A DNA stretch of 39,900 nt. It comes from an uncultured Pelagibacteraceae bacterium. Lineage in GTDB: Bacteria > Pseudomonadota > Alphaproteobacteria > Pelagibacterales > Pelagibacteraceae. The position numbers were made by a program, and so were the translations under genes. The number at the start of each line of letters is the position of its first letter. Positions within the stretch are counted from its first letter, which is position 1. Positions 19,247 to 30,987 of this stretch are shown here, piece by piece. The notes beneath the pieces were generated by a model. That model did not search any database. It had not been told where the DNA came from and saw nothing but the letters and a program-made list of their open reading frames with translations. Location: positions 1-39,900 of the forward strand of contig CAWUVR010000056.1 in the NCBI GenBank assembly GCA_963925905.1, in the 5' to 3' direction.

Positions 19247-21892
19247 CTAAGCAACCATTCCCTCTGCTTTTTCAAGATCTACGGCAACTAGTTGGCTAAC
19301 ACCTCTTTCAGCCATTGTAACTCCATACAATCTATTCATTCTAGACATTGTAAGTGCATGATGGGTAATAACAACAAATTTTGTATCAGTAACATTAGAT
19401 AGCTCGTCTAGAAGAGCGCAGAATCTAGTTACGTTTGCATCGTCTAATGGCGCATCAACCTCATCAAGGATGCAAATAGGAGACGGGTTTATCAAGAAGA
19501 CAGCAAAAATTAGAGCCATTGCAGTCAGCGCTTGTTCACCACCCGAAAGTAAAGTGATGGACTGTAGTTTTTTACCAGGAGGGCTAGCGAGCAATTCCAG
19601 ACCAGCCTCAAGGGGGTCATCTGACTCTATGAGCTCCAGTCTTGCATTTCCACCGGCAAAAAGTTTTGTATAAACATCATTAAATTTTCTACTGACTTTT
19701 TCAAATGCATCTAACAATCTTTCCCTTCCTTTTTGATTTAAGTCATTAATAGATCCTTTTAGTTTTTGAATTCCCTGAACTAAATCTTTTCGGTCATTCA
19801 TCATTCTATCAATTTGATCTTGCAGCTCTTGTGTTTCATTATCGGCCCTAAGATTGATCGCTCCCATCTTTTCTCTCTGGTCTTTTAATTTTTGAATTTG
19901 ATTGTCGATTTTGTTTGCCTGGATATCTTCTTCAATATCGATACCGGCAAAATTCGGCAATTCTTCAAGGGTGTGTTTAAATTCGCTAAGAGATTTTAAT
20001 TCAATTTCTTTTTTTTTGTCTTTTAATCCCTCTATGATTGTTTGTGCCCTTACTTTTCTTTCAGTAATACCCAAAACCACTCCATTGATATCATATAGTT
20101 TTTGGTTAATTAATTTTACGGACTCTTCTTTAGAAGTTAGCTGTTCGTTGATTTGTACAATATCTTCTTTGACATTTTCTATATTTTGAACATAAGTACC
20201 TTTTTTTTCGGCAATAGTTCCTGGTTTAATTTCTTCTTCAGTTAAAACTTCCTCACTGCCTTTAAGTCTAGCGTTTAATTCTTTGAACTTCTGTTCAGAA
20301 CTATTTTTTAAATCTATCCAGTTTTTTATTTCACTATCAATATTCTTTAATCTTTCTTTTCTTTTTAAACTGTCTTGCTTTAGGTTCTCGTATTTACTTA
20401 GTCTAGAAGCATATTTTCCTTGCAACTCAGATACAATTTTTAATTTTTCAAGAAATTCCTGCTTTATTTTGTTGGTCAAGTCAGAGTTTAAATTTGCTTG
20501 AGGCTCAGCAGCTTCCAAATCAAAATTTATCTGTTTAATTAAATCTTCAATATTTTTAAATTCATTATAAAATTCAATGATCTTTCCTTTAAGTGCAGGA
20601 GCATCGTAATTGTCAGTTGATTCTGATTGTGTTTTTAATCTTAGGCTAATGTTGTCAATGAGAGACGAAAGTTGGCTAGTTTTTCTTTTTATAACCCCAA
20701 ATTCAAAACCACCAATTTGTGAGAATATTTTTTCAGACAATTTGTTTAGGACTTCCTGTTCTTTGTTCAGCTCACTCAAAGATTCTTTGTAGTCTTTTTC
20801 TGCTTGCTCCTCTACTTCGGAAGAAGTTTTTTCTGTTTCTTCAATATCAGATCTTTCATTTAATAGTCTCTTTTCATTAGAGGAAGAGTCGTTAATAATT
20901 TGTTTTTCACGATCGATATCTATGTTGATTTGTTTAATTTCTTTTTTAATTTTTTCTACTTCGTTTTTAGCCCTTCCTTCTTCTTCGCTTATTTGCTCAA
21001 ATTCCAAATTAAGTCTTTGCAGTTTTGCATTTAATTGAGCATTTTCATTTCTCAAGGGTGTAATTTTTTGACTTTCTTCTTTAAGAGCATTCTCGTTAAA
21101 ATTTTTATCAATATTTACAGCGCTAATTTCATCTTCAACTTCACCTAATTCTTCTTGCGCAACCAGAATTGATTTTTCAACTTCTTTAGATTGAAAATAA
21201 ACAAGCTTTGCCTCTAAATGCTGTATTTCATTAGATATGTTTTTGTATTTAGACGCTTCTTCAGCTTGTTTTAATAAGCTCTTAAGTTGATTTTCAATTT
21301 GTTTCATTATGTCATCAGCTTTTTTTAAATTATTTTCTGCAGCATCAAGCCTAAGTTCTGCTTCATGCCTTCTGACATGGAGGCCACTGATACCAGCTGC
21401 CTCTTCTAAAATTGCTCTTCTGTCCGTTGGTTTTGCGGTGACCAAAGAACCAACTCTGCCTTGGCTCACCATGGAAGGAGAGTGGGGACCTGTTGAAAGA
21501 TCTGCAAATAATATTTGAATATCTTTTGCCCTAACTTCTCTTCCGTTTAAATAATATTTTGAGCCTTTATCTTTTTCTATTTTTCTCCTAACCTCTATCT
21601 CGGGCATATCTTTAAATTGGGGTAGTCTATTGTCATTTTCTAATTTTAGAGCTACTTCGCACAAGTTTTTAGACGGCCTTGAAGTTGTTCCTGAAAAAAT
21701 TACGTCTTCCATTCCAGATCCACGCAAGCTTTTTGCTGACGTTTCTCCCATGCACCACCTTAGTGCTTCAACAATATTTGATTTCCCGCAGCCATTTGGT
21801 CCTACAATTCCAGTTAAACCGTCCTCAAAATGAAAAGATGTTTTGTCTGCAAAAGACTTAAAACCTACAACCTCTAGTTTCTTAAATTTCAT
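19247..21892 (-). CDS. smc: Chromosome segregation ATPase SMC, unusually short (881 aa)
   Basis: GFKSF, Walker A GPNGCGKSN, Q-loop SQG, LEEAAGI, GAINLRA, signature LSGGE, Walker B/D-loop ILDEVDAPLD, ITH. Long coiled coils. Confidence 0.93.
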   Translation of the reverse strand: MKFKKLEVVGFKSFADKTSFHFEDGLTGIVGPNGCGKSNIVEALRWCMGETSAKSLRGSGMEDVIFSGTTSRPSKNLCEVALKLENDNRLPQFKDMPEIEVRRKIEKDKGSKYYLNGREVRAKDIQILFADLSTGPHSPSMVSQGRVGSLVTAKPTDRRAILEEAAGISGLHVRRHEAELRLDAAENNLKKADDIMKQIENQLKSLLKQAEEASKYKNISNEIQHLEAKLVYFQSKEVEKSILVAQEELGEVEDEISAVNIDKNFNENALKEESQKITPLRNENAQLNAKLQRLNLEFEQISEEEGRAKNEVEKIKKEIKQINIDIDREKQIINDSSSNEKRLLNERSDIEETEKTSSEVEEQAEKDYKESLSELNKEQEVLNKLSEKIFSQIGGFEFGVIKRKTSQLSSLIDNISLRLKTQSESTDNYDAPALKGKIIEFYNEFKNIEDLIKQINFDLEAAEPQANLNSDLTNKIKQEFLEKLKIVSELQGKYASRLSKYENLKQDSLKRKERLKNIDSEIKNWIDLKNSSEQKFKELNARLKGSEEVLTEEEIKPGTIAEKKGTYVQNIENVKEDIVQINEQLTSKEESVKLINQKLYDINGVVLGITERKVRAQTIIEGLKDKKKEIELKSLSEFKHTLEELPNFAGIDIEEDIQANKIDNQIQKLKDQREKMGAINLRADNETQELQDQIDRMMNDRKDLVQGIQKLKGSINDLNQKGRERLLDAFEKVSRKFNDVYTKLFAGGNARLELIESDDPLEAGLELLASPPGKKLQSITLLSGGEQALTAMALIFAVFLINPSPICILDEVDAPLDDANVTRFCALLDELSNVTDTKFVVITHHALTMSRMNRLYGVTMAERGVSQLVAVDLEKAEGMVA

Positions 21893-21895
21893 TTT

Positions 21896-22486
21896 TTAAT
21901 TTAGTTTTTCTATGTATTTTGAAATAGCAGAAAAAGTGTAGTCCCCATTATATTTTTTGTTGTTAATAATTATAGTGGGAGTCGAGTTAATATTGTATTT
22001 TTTTTGAGCTTCAATTCTGCTTTTTAACACAAGCTCTTCATTTTTCTCATTATTTAAACAAGGTTCAAATGTTTCGTTATTTAAGCCAAATTCAAGAGAT
22101 ATTTTTTTTAATTTTTTATTAATTTCTCCGATATTGCTTCCAGTTACCCAATCAGGCTGAGTTGAATAAATAGTATCATAGTATTTTAATATTTTTTTTG
22201 GTGAAATGCATTTGGCAATTTTTGCAGCATTTAGGGCCGGGAGATCGAGGGGAAAATCTTTTAAATTTATGCTTGCCTTTTCTGTATCGGCATAATTTTT
22301 AATTAACTCTGGCAAAACATTCAGGTGTAATTTTGCACAATGAGGACAAGTGAGAGATGAAAAAATTTCAATTTTTATTTTTGCACCGTCTTTTCCAATA
22401 AGATGGTCCGTTGTCTCCAGTGCTTTCACGGGACAAGTAAACAAAAGTAGTAATAAGACTAATTTTGCAAGACTGCTAATCTTCAT
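21896..22486 (-). CDS. DsbA-family thioredoxin-fold protein
   Basis: Signal peptide, SLTCPHCA, DFPLD, STPT cis-Pro loop. ATG at 22486 preferred over 22510. Confidence 0.88.
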   Translation of the reverse strand: MKISSLAKLVLLLLLFTCPVKALETTDHLIGKDGAKIKIEIFSSLTCPHCAKLHLNVLPELIKNYADTEKASINLKDFPLDLPALNAAKIAKCISPKKILKYYDTIYSTQPDWVTGSNIGEINKKLKKISLEFGLNNETFEPCLNNEKNEELVLKSRIEAQKKYNINSTPTIIINNKKYNGDYTFSAISKYIEKLN

Positions 22487-22940
22487 TTTTAAAAAAGTCT
22501 TTAAATGCATTTTTAAGTTTTTCGTTTTTAATTAGGCCTATTTTTTTTGATAAATTTTCATTTAAAATAGGAGCTTTGTTTACAGTATGATTTTTTAATT
22601 TGCTAACTGTAAAAGAGTTAATAACTACCTTGTTAATAAAATGATAACCAAAGTATGAATTGAGCTTTTCAACTATGTAGTCCCTTGAATAGTCGATCTC
22701 AATAATATTTTCCTTAGGAACGTTTAAAAATAAGGTTTTCTCATCATTAATAGAGCTCTGTTTGATTTTTTCTGGAGTGGCAAGTAGGGAAATCTCACTC
22801 CCAACAATAGTGCTCCACTTTGATTTTAGATCCTCAAAAGAATTTTTTTGAGAGCTTATGAGCTTGCGCACATCTTTTGGAAGAAGCGATTTGATTGGCT
22901 TCAATCCCTGATATACTTTGTATTGTGTAAATTTATTCAT
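22476..22940 (-). CDS. DUF721/DciA-family protein
   Basis: W..IVG.EIS..ATP.KI pattern and LNSYFGYHFINKV. Sits in the conserved position between dsbA-smc and divergent mutY. ATG at 22940 preferred. Confidence 0.75.
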   Translation of the reverse strand: MNKFTQYKVYQGLKPIKSLLPKDVRKLISSQKNSFEDLKSKWSTIVGSEISLLATPEKIKQSSINDEKTLFLNVPKENIIEIDYSRDYIVEKLNSYFGYHFINKVVINSFTVSKLKNHTVNKAPILNENLSKKIGLIKNEKLKNAFKDFFKNED

Positions 22941-22948
22941 AAATTGAT

Positions 22949-23969
22949 ATGAGCCAAATATTATCAAAAAAAATTATTGCTTGGTATCAAAAACACCAGC
23001 GGGATCTACCTTGGAGAGTTTATAAAAATTCATCAGATAGAGACTACAAGGTCTTGTTAAGCGAGATTATGCTTCAACAAACTAAGGTTTCTACCGTGAT
23101 ACCTTATTTTAATAAGTTTTATAAAAAGTTTTCATCAATTAAGTCTCTTTCAAAATCTCGTATTACGAGTGTATTAAAATTATGGGAAGGCCTAGGTTAT
23201 TACCGTAGAGCGAGAAATTTGCATCAAATAGCAAAAATTGTAGTGAAAAATTACAGAGGAAAATTACCCGATTCCTTTTTAGAATTAAAAAATTTACCTG
23301 GAATTGGTGACTACACAGCATCAGCAATTTTATCTATTGCAAAAGATAAGCCATTTATAGGCATTGATGGAAATGTGAAAAGAGTCATTTCCAGAATCTT
23401 TTTTCTTAATCAGGAAGATAAATTAATTTTTAATATAGAAAAAAAATTAAAATTAATGAAGGTGAAAAAAGGTTCAAGCGATCTTATGCAAGGGTTGATG
23501 GAGATAGGAGCCTTGTTGTGTTCTCCAAAAGATCCTCAGTGTAATCAGTGTCCTTTAAAAGCGGACTGTATTTCTTGTAAAAAAAATAAATTTAGTCCTC
23601 AAATTAAATCCAAGTTAATCAAAAAAAAATATTTTTATGCTCTGTACGTTAAAAAAAAAAATAAAATACTTTTTTCATTAAATGAAAAATTTAATTTCCT
23701 GAACGGATTAGTCAATCTTCCATTGATTGAATCTAGAGATAAAAATTATCAACAAATTATTAATAAAATATTTGAAAAAGGTCAGGTAGAAAAATCGTTT
23801 CACAAACATCTTTTGTACAAAATGTCTAATTTCGTCATGCACATTCAAATTCTCAAAGTAAAAAATGTTATCTTTGACAAAAGCCCTTATTTCTGGGTAG
23901 ACAGAAAAAAAATAAAAGAATTTACCATTTCCGTTTTGGCTCAAAAACTTTTAAAATCGGCAGATATTT

Positions 23970-23977
<8 letters not shown>
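22949..23977 (+). CDS. mutY: A/G-specific adenine glycosylase
   Basis: RDLPWR, SEIMLQQT, WEGLGYY, LPGIGDYTA HhH, DGNV, [4Fe-4S] C-X6-C-X2-C-X5-C. Confidence 0.93.
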
Positions 23978-26217
<2,240 letters not shown>

Positions 26218-26267
26218 TTAAAGACTGACCAAAGTCAATTAGCTAATACCCAAGTTTAGTGATTTTT

Positions 26268-26867
26268 TTATTTTTTAAACAATATCTTGTGTACCGGAGC
26301 AAAAGTTTTTCTGTGCAACGGAGTTACCCCATGCTTCTCCAAAGCAAGCAAGTGCTTCGCAGTCCCATAGCCTGAATTTTTATCCCACCCGTACACACCA
26401 AATTTTTTTGCAAGCAAGCACATGTACCGATCCCTTACCACCTTAGCAACAATAGATGCCGCTGCAATAGAGGGGTATATTTGATCTCCATTGATACATG
26501 TTTTTATATTTCTATTTTCCTTGTCAAAACTGAATTGTCCATCGACTAATACCGCAGCATTTTTTATGCCAATGCTATCAAAAGCTCTTCTCATTGCCAA
26601 TAAAGATGCCTGCAATATATTTTGTCTATCAATCTCCTCAACAGTGGAAAACCCAATTGCAAACTTGGAAAAAGATAAAATTTTTAAAAAAAGATCATCC
26701 CTTTTTTTTGCAGAAAGTTTTTTAGAATCGTCAATTCCATCCAAGCAAATATCTTTATGCAGAATAACTGCAGCAGCAACCACAGGACCAGCCAATGGTC
26801 CCCTGCCAACTTCGTCAACTCCGATAATAATGGAATTTTTTCCCCTCTCTTTATCAAGCGTAAGCAC
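26268..26867 (-). CDS. rnhB: Ribonuclease HII
   Basis: GVDEVGRGPLAGPV, DSKKL, IAAASIVAKVVRD, GYGT..H. Confidence 0.96.
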   Translation of the reverse strand: MLTLDKERGKNSIIIGVDEVGRGPLAGPVVAAAVILHKDICLDGIDDSKKLSAKKRDDLFLKILSFSKFAIGFSTVEEIDRQNILQASLLAMRRAFDSIGIKNAAVLVDGQFSFDKENRNIKTCINGDQIYPSIAAASIVAKVVRDRYMCLLAKKFGVYGWDKNSGYGTAKHLLALEKHGVTPLHRKTFAPVHKILFKK

Positions 26868-27556
26868 TATTTAATATTTAATTGTTTTATTTTCTGCTCA
26901 AGTATCTGCAAATCAACCCACGAATTTTTTTTTTGATTAGGTTGTTTAATTAAAAAATTTGGATGGAAAGAGGCGAGTGTATCAATTGTGCTTTCTTTAG
27001 TCCGGTATTGAAGCCACTGACCCCTGTTTTTTGCTATGGAGTAATCCGTGCCAAACAATATCTCTAACGGTAAAGACCCGAGTAAAAAAATTATTTTAGG
27101 CTGAATTATTTCAATGTGTTCATGTGTTAATTTTTTTAATATGTTTTTTTGATTTATGTAGTTTTGCTTATTTTCATTTGTATAAAAATGAACAATATTG
27201 GTTAAGTAAACTTTATCCGTCGATAAAGAAATGGCTTGCAGCATCTTATTCAAAAGATCGCCTGCCTCATCTGAAAATAAAGAATTGTTTTTTTCATCAC
27301 TATGACTTGGCATGTCTCCAATAATCATAATTTTTGAATTTAAATTTTTATTTGAAAATTGAATATTGTTTGGATCCTTATTAAATTTGATTGAATTTTT
27401 TTTGATTTTTTGAATGAGATTGCCGATTCTTTCCTCTGGAGACATGTTCTTATTGGGAGAAATTTCTCTGTAAATTAAACTGTCATACAAGCCAGTAGAG
27501 TGGTAATATTGTCTGATACTTTCACTTGAATGTTTTTTTAAATTTTTAATAGCCAT
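26867..27556 (-). CDS. Uracil-DNA glycosylase family 4-like protein, degenerate
   Basis: IIGDMP..F..EAGDLLNKML, YLTNIV, EIIQPKII.LLG, RGQW, FHP, W.DL. Motif A is altered and there are no cysteines. Confidence 0.78.
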   Translation of the reverse strand: MAIKNLKKHSSESIRQYYHSTGLYDSLIYREISPNKNMSPEERIGNLIQKIKKNSIKFNKDPNNIQFSNKNLNSKIMIIGDMPSHSDEKNNSLFSDEAGDLLNKMLQAISLSTDKVYLTNIVHFYTNENKQNYINQKNILKKLTHEHIEIIQPKIIFLLGSLPLEILFGTDYSIAKNRGQWLQYRTKESTIDTLASFHPNFLIKQPNQKKNSWVDLQILEQKIKQLNIK

Positions 27557-29249
27557 GACTTCTAAGTTAAAAAATAGCTTAATTATTACTACATTTTCTT
27601 TCTTTATTTATTTAAATTTTGCTGATGCAGCATTATTTCAGTCAAAAAATCCAACTCTATCATCTGATTATATCTCAAATTACTTAAAAGCATCGAGATC
27701 AATAAGTCACAATAAGTACTCTGAGGCTAATGTTTTTTTTTCCAAAGCTCCCGCCTTAGCTACTAGTCACGATGCTTATAATTTTCAGTACATTTTTTCC
27801 CTGGCAATGGAAGGAAAACTTTCTGAAGCCAGCAAGGTAATTTCAAGTCTTGATAATGAGTATAAAGAAAATTTTTTATTTCAATTTATAGAAGGAATTT
27901 ATTTAATAAAAAACAGAAATTATTCTTTAGCGAAAAAAAAATTTGAAACATCCAAGGATAGCAACTTATTATTTTTAGAGCTTAATAATTATATTAATTT
28001 ATGGCTTGATGCTGATAACACTGCTTTGCAGGAATTTAATATTAAAAAATTAAAAACTTCTTTTGCTAATATAAAATTAATCCAAAGCCTTTTAATTTAT
28101 GATTATGTTGGAAATGATGATCTCTATAACAAAACAAGTGCAAAAATTTTAAAACAACCAAAATTAGGACGTTATCATTTTTTTCATTCTATTTATTTAA
28201 TTAAGAAAAATAAAATTGATGAAGCAGAGCAGATTATAAAGAGGCAATTACTTGAAGACCCAAACAATCTGTTAATGAGGCAAAGCTATATTTCATTAAA
28301 AGAAGGAAATTCTTCTTTTTTTACCAAAAATTATAATTCTAAGGATGTTAACCATGGAATTTCTGAGCTACTGTATTTGTTTGCTAACGTGGTCCAACAG
28401 CAAGACCAAATTGATCTGTCTAAATTACTTGTTTCTTTGTCTAATTATTTAAATCCCAGATTCATCTCAAATAAGTTATTAAATTTTGAAAATTATTCTT
28501 TGCAAAATGAGAACTACTATGACGAGGAGCTGTCTCTTAGCGTGGCATCTTTGGGCAGTGAATTTTATTGGTATATTAATTTCAACAAGTTGTTGCGAGA
28601 TCGAGAGAAGGATAAAACACAAGTGTTACCAGAAGGTTTGAAAAAAAACTTATCAGAAAGTAAATATTTTAAATTTTCAAAATTAATAGATTTGGCAAAT
28701 TATTACCGCAGCAACAAAGAATACAATATTTCCCTTGATTATTACCAGCGGGCAGAAAAAATTGCCTCTCTGAATGAATTGGATTGGAGGTTCTACTATT
28801 ATAGAGGAATCTGTAACGAGCGATTAGGTAATTGGGATCGTGCAGATAAAGATTTTCTTAAATCATTAGAGTACTCACCAAAAGAATATGTTGTTATCAA
28901 TTACCTGGCGTATAGCTGGCTAGAAAGAGGCGTTAATCTTGATAGATCTAAAAAAATGTTAAAAGATGCAGTTGAGCTAAGCAAATGGAAGTTAGGATAT
29001 ATTATAGATTCTTTGGGTTGGGCGTATTATTTGTCTAATGATTTTGATGAGGCTGAAAAATTGCTTCAAATAGCTTATGAACAAACTCCCTATGAAGCGG
29101 AGGTCTACGATCATTACGGAGACGTTTTGTGGAAAAATAATAAAAAAATTCAAGCTCGATATATCTGGAGAAATGCAACTAAGCTTCTAAGCATAGACAG
29201 GGAAAGAGCAGATAGATTAAATACTAAATTATTGAATGGAATTAATTAA
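27555..29249 (+). CDS. Exported tetratricopeptide-repeat protein
   Basis: N-terminal signal, C-terminal TPRs (YYRGI..ER, NYLAYSW, YIIDSLGWAYY, HYGDVLW). Conserved position upstream of ispE. Confidence 0.85.
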   Translation: MTSKLKNSLIITTFSFFIYLNFADAALFQSKNPTLSSDYISNYLKASRSISHNKYSEANVFFSKAPALATSHDAYNFQYIFSLAMEGKLSEASKVISSLDNEYKENFLFQFIEGIYLIKNRNYSLAKKKFETSKDSNLLFLELNNYINLWLDADNTALQEFNIKKLKTSFANIKLIQSLLIYDYVGNDDLYNKTSAKILKQPKLGRYHFFHSIYLIKKNKIDEAEQIIKRQLLEDPNNLLMRQSYISLKEGNSSFFTKNYNSKDVNHGISELLYLFANVVQQQDQIDLSKLLVSLSNYLNPRFISNKLLNFENYSLQNENYYDEELSLSVASLGSEFYWYINFNKLLRDREKDKTQVLPEGLKKNLSESKYFKFSKLIDLANYYRSNKEYNISLDYYQRAEKIASLNELDWRFYYYRGICNERLGNWDRADKDFLKSLEYSPKEYVVINYLAYSWLERGVNLDRSKKMLKDAVELSKWKLGYIIDSLGWAYYLSNDFDEAEKLLQIAYEQTPYEAEVYDHYGDVLWKNNKKIQARYIWRNATKLLSIDRERADRLNTKLLNGIN

Positions 29250-30114
29250 AAAATATCATCTTCGTTCACCAGCTAAAATAAATCTATATTTAAGGGTTAT
29301 AAAAAAGCTATCTAATAACTATCATGAAATCGACAGTCTTATTTCTCACGTTGGAGTTTTTGACGAGATTACCGTCCTTGAAAACAAAAATAAGCAAACG
29401 AGTGTTAAGTTTTTTGGTGAGTTTTCAAAATCAATCTCTAATAAAAATAATTCAATTGTTTCAGTAATTTCTTTGTTAAAAAAGCTCAATAAGAAAATTA
29501 AAGAAAAAAATTTTACAATTAAGGTAAAAAAAAATATTCCTGTCGGTTCTGGCCTAGGAGGTGGAACCTCTAATGCTGTTACTATTTTGAAGTTTTTGCA
29601 AAAAAGATTTAATTTAAAAATAAAAAAAAATAATTTAAAACAAATATACAGATCTATTGGAGCTGATTCTAAAGTTTTTGCAGATTCGTATTTAAAATTT
29701 ATTTCAGGCTACGGAGACAAAGTTTATTCTTATAAGGCCAAAATTAAACTAAATATTTTGCTAATTTTCCCTAATAAGCCAAATTTTACAAAAACCATTT
29801 ATCAAAATAATAAAATATTTAGCAAAAAACTAAAAATAGACGTTGCTAAGAAAATGATTAGAAAAAATATTTTTAATTTTTTAAATATTGCAGGCAACGA
29901 CTTGCTACTATCTGCAAAAAAACTAAATCTTCCAATGAGTAATTTACTTGCTTTTTTGGAAAGACAAAATATTTGCGATTTTATCCAAATGAGCGGTAGC
30001 GGTTCTTGTTGTTATGCAGTTTTTAAAAGCAAGAAAAGCCTTTTAAAATGCCAAAAATTGGTTAAAATTAAATACAGAAGTTATTGGACAGCAGTAACTA
30101 AAACAATTACATAA
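29236..30114 (+). CDS. ispE: 4-diphosphocytidyl-2-C-methyl-D-erythritol kinase
   Basis: SPAKINLYL, YHEI, KNIPVGSGLGGGTSNA, IGAD, MSGSGS. Confidence 0.93.
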   Translation: MELIKKYHLRSPAKINLYLRVIKKLSNNYHEIDSLISHVGVFDEITVLENKNKQTSVKFFGEFSKSISNKNNSIVSVISLLKKLNKKIKEKNFTIKVKKNIPVGSGLGGGTSNAVTILKFLQKRFNLKIKKNNLKQIYRSIGADSKVFADSYLKFISGYGDKVYSYKAKIKLNILLIFPNKPNFTKTIYQNNKIFSKKLKIDVAKKMIRKNIFNFLNIAGNDLLLSAKKLNLPMSNLLAFLERQNICDFIQMSGSGSCCYAVFKSKKSLLKCQKLVKIKYRSYWTAVTKTIT

Positions 30115-30124
30115 CTGCATAAAT

Positions 30125-30198
30125 TGGGGCTTAGCCAAGCGGTAAGGCAACGGGTTTTGATCCCGTCATCCCAGGTTCGATCCCTGGAGCCCCAGCCA
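30125..30198 (+). tRNA. tRNA-Gln (TTG), CCA encoded
   Basis: Acceptor stem TGGGGCT/AGCCCCA, D-arm GCCAAGCGGTAAGGC, anticodon arm ACGGG-TTTTGAT-CCCGT, T-arm CCAGG-TTCGATC-CCTGG, 3' GCCA. Confidence 0.96.
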
Positions 30199-30208
30199 AA
30201 TTTTAGGA

Positions 30209-30985
30209 ATGGCAATGAATCTCAACTTAATTCCAGAAGCTTTAGAAATTTATAAATTACTCAATCCTACGCTGGATAAAAATATTCATACAAAATTTGT
30301 TGGCGGCTGCGTCAGAGATGTAATTTTGGGACAGGAAATTAAAGATATTGATTTAGCCACAGTTCTGCTCCCAAATAAAGTCATAGGAGTTCTTAATCAA
30401 AATAATATCAAAACAAAAGATTCTGCAATTAATTTTGGCGTGGTTACGGCTATAATTAATGATATTAAATTTGAAATTACTACGCTCCGACAGGACTTGC
30501 TTCCAGACGGAAGGTATGCAAAAATACTCTTTACAGACGACTGGCGGTTAGATGCCAATAGAAGAGATTTTACTATTAATGCAATCTATTGTGGATGGAA
30601 CAATTTAGTCGAAAAAAAAATTATATATCTAGATCCTTTCAATGGAAGGGAAGACCTAATTAATGGAAAAATTAAATTTATTTCCGAACCTGAAATTAGC
30701 ATTAAGGAAGATTATGTAAGGGCATTAAGATATTTTCGTTTCTTTTACGCGTATTCCCAGCATAAGCATAATGCAGGTGTGCTAGATTTTATTTTTACTA
30801 GCAGGGAAAGCATTAAGAAGCTTTCTAACAATAGATTAAAAAAAGAGTTAAAGAAAATTATTTTGGTAAAAAATTCAAGACAAATTCTAGAAGATGCAAA
30901 TATTTTAGATTTTTTTAATTTTATTTACCCTGGGTTTGGAAAAATTTTAAATCTAGAAAAAAATCAGGCAATGCTTGCCTTTTAA
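30209..30985 (+). CDS. cca: Class II CCA-type tRNA nucleotidyltransferase, short (258 aa)
   Basis: VGGCVRD, DIDLAT, EITTLR, RRDFTINA, EDYVRALR. C-terminal body and tail are largely missing. Confidence 0.8.
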   Translation: MAMNLNLIPEALEIYKLLNPTLDKNIHTKFVGGCVRDVILGQEIKDIDLATVLLPNKVIGVLNQNNIKTKDSAINFGVVTAIINDIKFEITTLRQDLLPDGRYAKILFTDDWRLDANRRDFTINAIYCGWNNLVEKKIIYLDPFNGREDLINGKIKFISEPEISIKEDYVRALRYFRFFYAYSQHKHNAGVLDFIFTSRESIKKLSNNRLKKELKKIILVKNSRQILEDANILDFFNFIYPGFGKILNLEKNQAMLAF

Positions 30986-30987
30986 GA

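Noticed and set aside
19247-21892. Short SMC as a Wadjet JetC, SbcC or RecN
   Set aside because: Head motifs (GFKSF, LEEAAGI, GAINLRA, LDEVDAPLD) and the position before atpI are those of housekeeping SMC. No jetABD or sbcD neighbours.
30125-30210. tRNA-Gln as an integration site
   Set aside because: No integrase, no duplicated tRNA 3' end seen, and the flanking genes are housekeeping.
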